Notes under the pieces: generated by a model | What the model was told of the DNA's origin: nothing | The model's database searches: none | What the model saw: only the letters and a program-made list of their open reading frames with translations | Program-made: the position numbers and the translations under genes | In this document: positions 41,090 through 46,326 of the stretch, one piece after another | How the letters are laid out: every line of letters begins with the position of its first letter | Position numbering within the stretch: position 1 is the stretch's first letter | Origin: Stramenopiles sp. TOSAG23-2 | Taxonomy: Eukaryota | Reading direction: 5' to 3' | Length of the DNA: 46,326 nt | NCBI GenBank assembly: GCA_900128395.1 | Contig: LT649280.1 | Span: 1-46,326 of the forward strand

Positions 41090-41148
41090 TTATTTTTTTT
41101 TCTTTCCGGTTTTTGTTTTTTAATTAATTCATCTAATGATAAATCCAT
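40060..41148 (-). CDS. Putative RNA-binding protein: ALYREF-type N-terminal UBM, Asn/Arg-rich linker, degenerate dsRBD
   Basis: Starts MDLSLDELIK. C-terminal AIYFLRALSERKGWEEPKFE...YSVKL...DAMVSVANEALDIV follows the dsRBD alpha-beta-beta-beta-alpha pattern. Confidence 0.6.
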
Positions 41149-41310
41149 CTTTTTTTTGTAAATATGTAAAAATATTAATTTATATATATATATATATTGT
41201 GTTGTATGTAATTTAAAATTGAAAAAAATAAAATATATATGTGTATATATTCCTCTTCCAGTGATGATGACGACTATACTTATGTTCCATATTTCTCTAC
41301 ACCTACATCA

Positions 41311-41530
41311 ACACTTCACTATGTGATATATATGTTTTTACAGTTGTTATTATTCATTTTTTATTCTTCAGAATTTATTTTACAATTTAAAAAGTTTTTT
41401 AGTATACTTTTATATAGGATACACTTCACTATGTGATATATATGTTTTTACAGTTGTTATTATTCATTTTTTATTCTTCAGAATTTATTTTACAATTTAA
41501 AAAGTTTTTTAGTATACTTTTATATAGGAT
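41311..41530. repeat. Exact 110-bp tandem duplication
   Basis: acacttcactatgtg... at 41311 and 41421. Confidence 0.92.
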
Positions 41531-41872
41531 AAAACTCATTTAGTACAAAATATTTAGCACCATTTAGCATGTGCGCGTCTTTAAACAAAGGCGTCTTTTT
41601 TTTCTTCTTTGAATGATGAAATGTGCAAATATGATGAAATTTAACGAGGTGCGAAGAAATCAGGAAAAAAGAGGGCAAAGCTAAACAAAAATTGTTTATA
41701 AATAATATTACACCATTACAAAACAATAATAATTCAGACACCACCTTTATGAACGAACAAAAAAATAATACATAATAGAAATATAAAATAATTTACATAA
41801 TTCATACAAGTACACAACGTGGTTTGTAATAAATATACATACACGCACATATTTAGCACATTATTAATATAG

Positions 41873-43345
41873 ATGAAGTTACTGCAAATCTTGTTCCTCC
41901 TGATCTTATTGGTTGTGGTTGTACTTTGTGTTGGTTGCTTGGCAGGAGATGTGCGAGGAACTAAGAAACGTGGTGTTATTGAGTTGACAGCGAAAGGATT
42001 GAAAAAGTTATTGCCATGGTTTGCACGTCACCATAATAGTTTTGTATTCGGAAATGCAATGGCGGTGAAGTTAAAATTTATAAAAGATACCAACTATGTG
42101 GTTGCATCAAATGCATACAATAATACGATTAAGACGACAAATCTTCTGAAAGCAATTAAAAGAAATCTAATAGTTCTTAAAGGAAAAAACAAGTTGGCAA
42201 GTGAAAAGAAGAGTAGTTTGAGTGAAACAAAACTCAAAACAGTTACCTCAAAGTGCGGACTGTCATCTGAAGAGTTCGAGAAGCAGGTATATATACCTGA
42301 TGAAGAGTTGGTGGAATCATGTTACAGCTACGATTATTCAAAACTGAAAGAAGTACATCCAAAATACAGAGATGAAATAAATAAAAAAATTAATGAACAC
42401 CTTAAAAGGTACTTAAAAGGTTGGAAACGTGAAGACTGTAACTGTGAATTTCGTATAGCACGTGAAAAATATTTATTAAAACAATTTGATAAGAAGTATT
42501 TTTATTGTAAGGAAAAAGAATTGATATGGGACATGAGATTCGCGGTAGAAACTAAGACGGAGTTAAAGAGTAAACGATACGACCCACTAACCAAAGAAGA
42601 GATCGAAAAAACGCTTTGCGGCAGGGAATACGGAACTTGCGTTCGCTATCCTATTTTTAGACTCATCAACTGCAAAAAATATAGTTATGATTCATGTTGC
42701 CCACAGGAAAACGTACAAAAGTGTCCGAGTGGTAAATGGCAACATTGTATGTATCCACATCGGAGCAAACAATCTGAAAACAGTTTGAAAAAGTGTTACG
42801 ATATGACACAACGATATACACAAGGCACATATGACACAAGCAATATAGAAAAAGGCGCAGCATTGAAATGGAAAAACCAACAGTGTTGTCTAGAATATGA
42901 TGAAACGGCGTATAAAAGTGTATACGGAAACAATGATATAAAAACTGGAAACGCAGAGACGGGTTCATTGTTGGAAATATCCAATACGGGTTATTCTGAC
43001 ATGTGGAAAGAATTCATCACGTATGTCCATTCACGGAGTAACCAGGTGTGCAGAAGCGATATACTTCAAGACGTCCATGTTAAGGACGATGGAACATTTT
43101 CCTTTCGTTGCTCGAGCAACGTCTTAATTTGCAAATGCATTTCCCATGTTGCTGAAACAGGAGAGGAACAACTATTCGAAGCTGGAAATGTAAAATTGGC
43201 AGTCTTTCAGCATGATGGTATTGTAGGGTATGAAATATCTGAATATGGAGAGGGGTTAGTATACGGCGACGTGAACGAAGGCGATTTGGAAGGGGCACGG
43301 AAAAGGAGGAGGAGGTTGTTCGGTCGTAGTGGTGGTGGCAGTTAA
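41873..43345 (+). CDS. Secreted Cys-rich hypothetical protein with C-terminal RKRRRRL-GRSGGGS motif
   Basis: 490-aa ORF with signal peptide MKLLQILFLLILLVVVVLCVGCLA and many Cys (CC pairs). No recognised domain. Confidence 0.72.
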   Translation: MKLLQILFLLILLVVVVLCVGCLAGDVRGTKKRGVIELTAKGLKKLLPWFARHHNSFVFGNAMAVKLKFIKDTNYVVASNAYNNTIKTTNLLKAIKRNLIVLKGKNKLASEKKSSLSETKLKTVTSKCGLSSEEFEKQVYIPDEELVESCYSYDYSKLKEVHPKYRDEINKKINEHLKRYLKGWKREDCNCEFRIAREKYLLKQFDKKYFYCKEKELIWDMRFAVETKTELKSKRYDPLTKEEIEKTLCGREYGTCVRYPIFRLINCKKYSYDSCCPQENVQKCPSGKWQHCMYPHRSKQSENSLKKCYDMTQRYTQGTYDTSNIEKGAALKWKNQQCCLEYDETAYKSVYGNNDIKTGNAETGSLLEISNTGYSDMWKEFITYVHSRSNQVCRSDILQDVHVKDDGTFSFRCSSNVLICKCISHVAETGEEQLFEAGNVKLAVFQHDGIVGYEISEYGEGLVYGDVNEGDLEGARKRRRRLFGRSGGGS

Positions 43346-43562
43346 CGTATTAATAATCCACAGGAATATATAGCGAGAGAGTTTGCAATGGCAACAAAAT
43401 CCTATATATTAGGTTTCATATAGAAGTCTATTAAAATCAGTATAAAATTTTATCAAAAGCATCTTACGTAACAGTAAGTACTGTATCGTTACACTAATGC
43501 TATTTATATATTTAGTACACAGTCTAATTGCCTCTAAGACTATCGTAAGGCAAGCATTGTAT

Positions 43563-45536
43563 CTACATATTGCAGTCGCCATCATCAAAATTACATTCTT
43601 CTACATTGCATTCTCTATCGCATTCATAGTCGCCTAGAAGTATGTCTTGGCAAAAGATGGAACATTGCGAAACGCAACCCGCTTTATTTCTGGCAACAAT
43701 ATCTTGAATATTTTTGGAAGCGCTATTTTGTATCCATCCATTCGTACAAATAGGGTTGTTGTGCAGATATACATATTCCAGTGCATTTAACGATTCAAAA
43801 GTGTCAGGAAGAGACGTGATTGAATTATTTCTTAAATCAATGTCTTTAAGACTTGCTAAGTTTCCTATTTCACTAGGCACATTTGTAACATTATTATTGT
43901 TATATCTTACATACCGAAGTGTTTCACTTAAACCAATTTGTGAAGGTATATTTTTTAAATGATTTCCATCAACGAAAAGTGCTTGTAGACGTAAACTGAA
44001 TAAAGCATCAGGTAGTTCATGCAAACTATTATTGCTTAAAAGCAAACGAGTGAGCGACTTTGAATTTGTTATTGCTGGTGATATTTCGGTGATATTATTG
44101 TTATGCAATTGTATAAGAAATATGTAATTATTTCCCCAAGCGGAATCTGGTAACTGCTTCAATTTATTATTTGCTAATTTTAATGTATTCATTGGCATGT
44201 TTCCGAAACTTTTTGGTACCTCCGTCAATTCATTGTAACTCAAATCCAAAACACTCACTTTTCTAAACTTCTTATCCAACCCATCTGGAATCACCTCCAA
44301 CGGCCCGTGATTGATTCGCATCACTTTTAATGCATTCATCTCCTGTATTTCCTTCGGCAATGTCGTCCAATTGTGTTTTCGTACATTCAATACGACGCAA
44401 TTACAGGTGGGACGAAAGGCATTGCCACAAAACGGTGTTTTGACCACACAGCTGTCCCATAACAATGGTTCGCAGGTAGTGTTGTTCTGTACCACCAGTT
44501 GCACCATCGCTATTATTAAAAACATCAACCCAAATAAAAATTTACAAACGGCCGCTCCCATATGTACCGCGCGCGGAACAGCTGCTTGTTGTTGTTCTGC
44601 TATTTCAAAATGACTCAAACCGCGATAGAGGCTTTTTCGACGTCTGCTAGCTCGCGTGGCTGTTTTTTCTTGTGCTTCTAAAGTAGCATCTGCGGTACGA
44701 GAACGAATAATTTCTTCTAAGATGGTATCCAATTTCATCAGCATCATAAATGCAGGAAAAAAGGCTATTTGTATCATATCTTGAACCGATATGGGCACCT
44801 TGTATCCAAACCACATCAACAATATTGGCAATGCGGTACATAAAAAATCGACCGAGGTGTCCACTTTTACTTGCCTATCTCTTCGGTTGCTATTGTTTTC
44901 CCTCGCCATAAAGCTTACCGTGTGAAAACAGTCGATACTGAGAGCGATACACAATACTGATGTCCACTCCACTGGCAACGAACAAGTATACACGGTAAAG
45001 ATATTTATCGTTTGAATGATAGATTCATACATCTCTGAGGCATACAATTGCCACAAATAGTATTTGCCAAATATCTGAAAACTATTGTATCGATTTTTTG
45101 CCCGTTCAAAAAAAGTGGTGGCAGCTTCTGGTGTTTCTTCTTCTTGCGTTTTTCTCTCTTCTTCCATAAAGGTGTCGGCTATGTGTTTCCAACGTATCAG
45201 GTAGTAAAGCACTACCAATACAAATAGACCACCCATCACCATAAACAACCAGACAAACTCTCGGTGAAAGTTGTTAAAATACGAGGTGTACTGATAGGTG
45301 ATAAAACCAAACAAACCGGCTATGATCAGCATAAAAAAAATCACCGCCACACCGTCCCAACCTACGTGGGTGCAAAAGGCGATCTTTACGTCCACCGACT
45401 GGGTTGCCTTTTCTGTTTCTGCCGGTGTGGCATGTTCTTCGGTCAATTCGACCTCTTTTGGGTCGGTAGAAGTATTTGAAGTGTCCATGGTATAAAACAA
45501 AGGCAACTGCTTTGTTTCTGTTTGCAAGTTAGACAT
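43563..45536 (-). CDS. Multi-TM protein with leucine-rich repeats and C-terminal LNR (Notch/Lin-12)-like module
   Basis: Several N-terminal TM helices and a Cys cap CEPLLWDSCVVKTPFC...CNC. LRRs LDLSYNELTEVP, LKLANNKLKQLP and IDLRNNSITSLP. Terminal C...C...LGDYECDRECNVEECNFDDGDC. Confidence 0.88.
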   Translation of the reverse strand: MSNLQTETKQLPLFYTMDTSNTSTDPKEVELTEEHATPAETEKATQSVDVKIAFCTHVGWDGVAVIFFMLIIAGLFGFITYQYTSYFNNFHREFVWLFMVMGGLFVLVVLYYLIRWKHIADTFMEEERKTQEEETPEAATTFFERAKNRYNSFQIFGKYYLWQLYASEMYESIIQTINIFTVYTCSLPVEWTSVLCIALSIDCFHTVSFMARENNSNRRDRQVKVDTSVDFLCTALPILLMWFGYKVPISVQDMIQIAFFPAFMMLMKLDTILEEIIRSRTADATLEAQEKTATRASRRRKSLYRGLSHFEIAEQQQAAVPRAVHMGAAVCKFLFGLMFLIIAMVQLVVQNNTTCEPLLWDSCVVKTPFCGNAFRPTCNCVVLNVRKHNWTTLPKEIQEMNALKVMRINHGPLEVIPDGLDKKFRKVSVLDLSYNELTEVPKSFGNMPMNTLKLANNKLKQLPDSAWGNNYIFLIQLHNNNITEISPAITNSKSLTRLLLSNNSLHELPDALFSLRLQALFVDGNHLKNIPSQIGLSETLRYVRYNNNNVTNVPSEIGNLASLKDIDLRNNSITSLPDTFESLNALEYVYLHNNPICTNGWIQNSASKNIQDIVARNKAGCVSQCSIFCQDILLGDYECDRECNVEECNFDDGDCNM

Positions 45537-45665
45537 ATATACAAACGCTTTGTATTTGAATAAATGTTTTTATTATTTTTGTATTAATTTTTTTGTAATA
45601 ATTTTTCTATTTTCTACTCGTACCCTCACGATAAATAACACTATCTCACAGAGGGATTTCAAGGC

Positions 45666-45853
45666 CTCGAGAGCTGTATCATAAAAGCAGCTAACCTCTC
45701 GAGCAGTCCCATAAATATCACAACAACAATGGTAATTGCCTGTTGTTGGCCATCGGCACCTCTCGAGGGGTAGCTCTTGCACGCATGGAGCTCTCGAGAT
45801 CGAGAGCTGCCACATCACCGCATTCCGAAAATGATTTGGGGTCTCGAGAGGTG
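45666..45853. promoter_or_regulatory. Cluster of CTCGAG palindromes upstream of the TM-LRR-LNR gene
   Basis: CTCGAG at 45666, 45698, 45762, 45793 and 45843. cacctctcgag 45757-45767 and ctcgagaggtg 45843-45853 form a perfect 11-bp inverted pair. Function is inferred from position. Confidence 0.45.
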
Positions 45854-46326
45854 TTTAAGGAGGGTGTTTGGAGGGTAGGGTTGGCGATAAAAATTCGTGG
45901 AGGAATTTTTCCCGCAAAATGAAAATCTTAAGACGGTGCTGTGTGCTGTGTCGGTCTAGCGTGTAAAAATCCCAAAACTGTGAATATTTTTTTGGGGTTA
46001 CTATGGACGTACCATTACCCGTGCCGATTTTACTTGGATGATAAATAAATTCAATAATTAGAATAATTTCAATAATGTGCTAATATAATAATTTCGAAAT
46101 AATAATTTGTTGCATTTATTACCTAAGTATTGCTGCTATTGCTACCTTTACGGGCACTATATTTTTTTATTATTTTGAAATTATTAAAATTTCGTTTAAA
46201 TATTAATATATTGAAAAAAAAAGGATAGAAAGAGACGAGGAATAATATATATTATGTATAAACAAGCTAATACTTTTTCGATTTTGTGCCTTTCTTATAT
46301 ATATATGTGTGTGTGTATTAAAATAT

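Noticed and set aside
38728-41530. Direct repeats considered as a CRISPR-like array
   Set aside because: Each is a two-copy adjacent duplication of unrelated sequence with no spacers, there are no cas genes, and the context is eukaryotic.
1-46326. Bacterial, organellar or giant-virus origin, or an alternative genetic code
   Set aside because: Eukaryote-specific genes (DDX55, SLC33A1, dynein light chain, ER lectin), no operon structure or viral hallmark genes, and TAA, TAG and TGA all used as stops at expected protein ends.

Overview
Gene-dense, very AT-rich eukaryotic DNA, not prokaryotic. It uses the standard code, has mostly intron-less ORFs with poly-Asn/poly-Lys tracts, and has (TA)n/(GT)n-rich intergenic spacers. 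The gene content (HA repeats, Cys-less LOV-like PAS domains, a TM-LRR-LNR protein, dynein light chain, TTL-family ligase) suggests a flagellated protist, probably a heterotrophic stramenopile; this is inference. About 21 protein genes are supported. Housekeeping genes include an ERLEC1/OS-9-like lectin, DDX55, a COG0523 GTPase, FAHD2, a dynein light chain and SLC33A1. Unusual architectures: (i) a signal-peptide DUF4127 + FAD-oxidoreductase fusion of bacterial-type domains; (ii) an N-domain-less NSF-like AAA+ ATPase with a mitochondrial-type presequence fused to a CMD/AhpD-like domain; (iii) a four-PAS protein with two Cys-less LOV-like domains and a KA1-like tail; (iv) an RCC1 propeller whose 7th blade lies beyond a ~540-aa insert. 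Three genes are broken by a single extra base in a homopolymer, probably sequencing error. Non-coding structure includes a ~240-bp degenerate foldback, CTAG and CTCGAG palindrome clusters upstream of GC-richer surface-protein genes, TACG-rich convergent spacers and four 90-110-bp tandem duplications. No rRNA, tRNA, CRISPR or transposase was recognised. All domain calls are by-eye motif recognition, not database searches.
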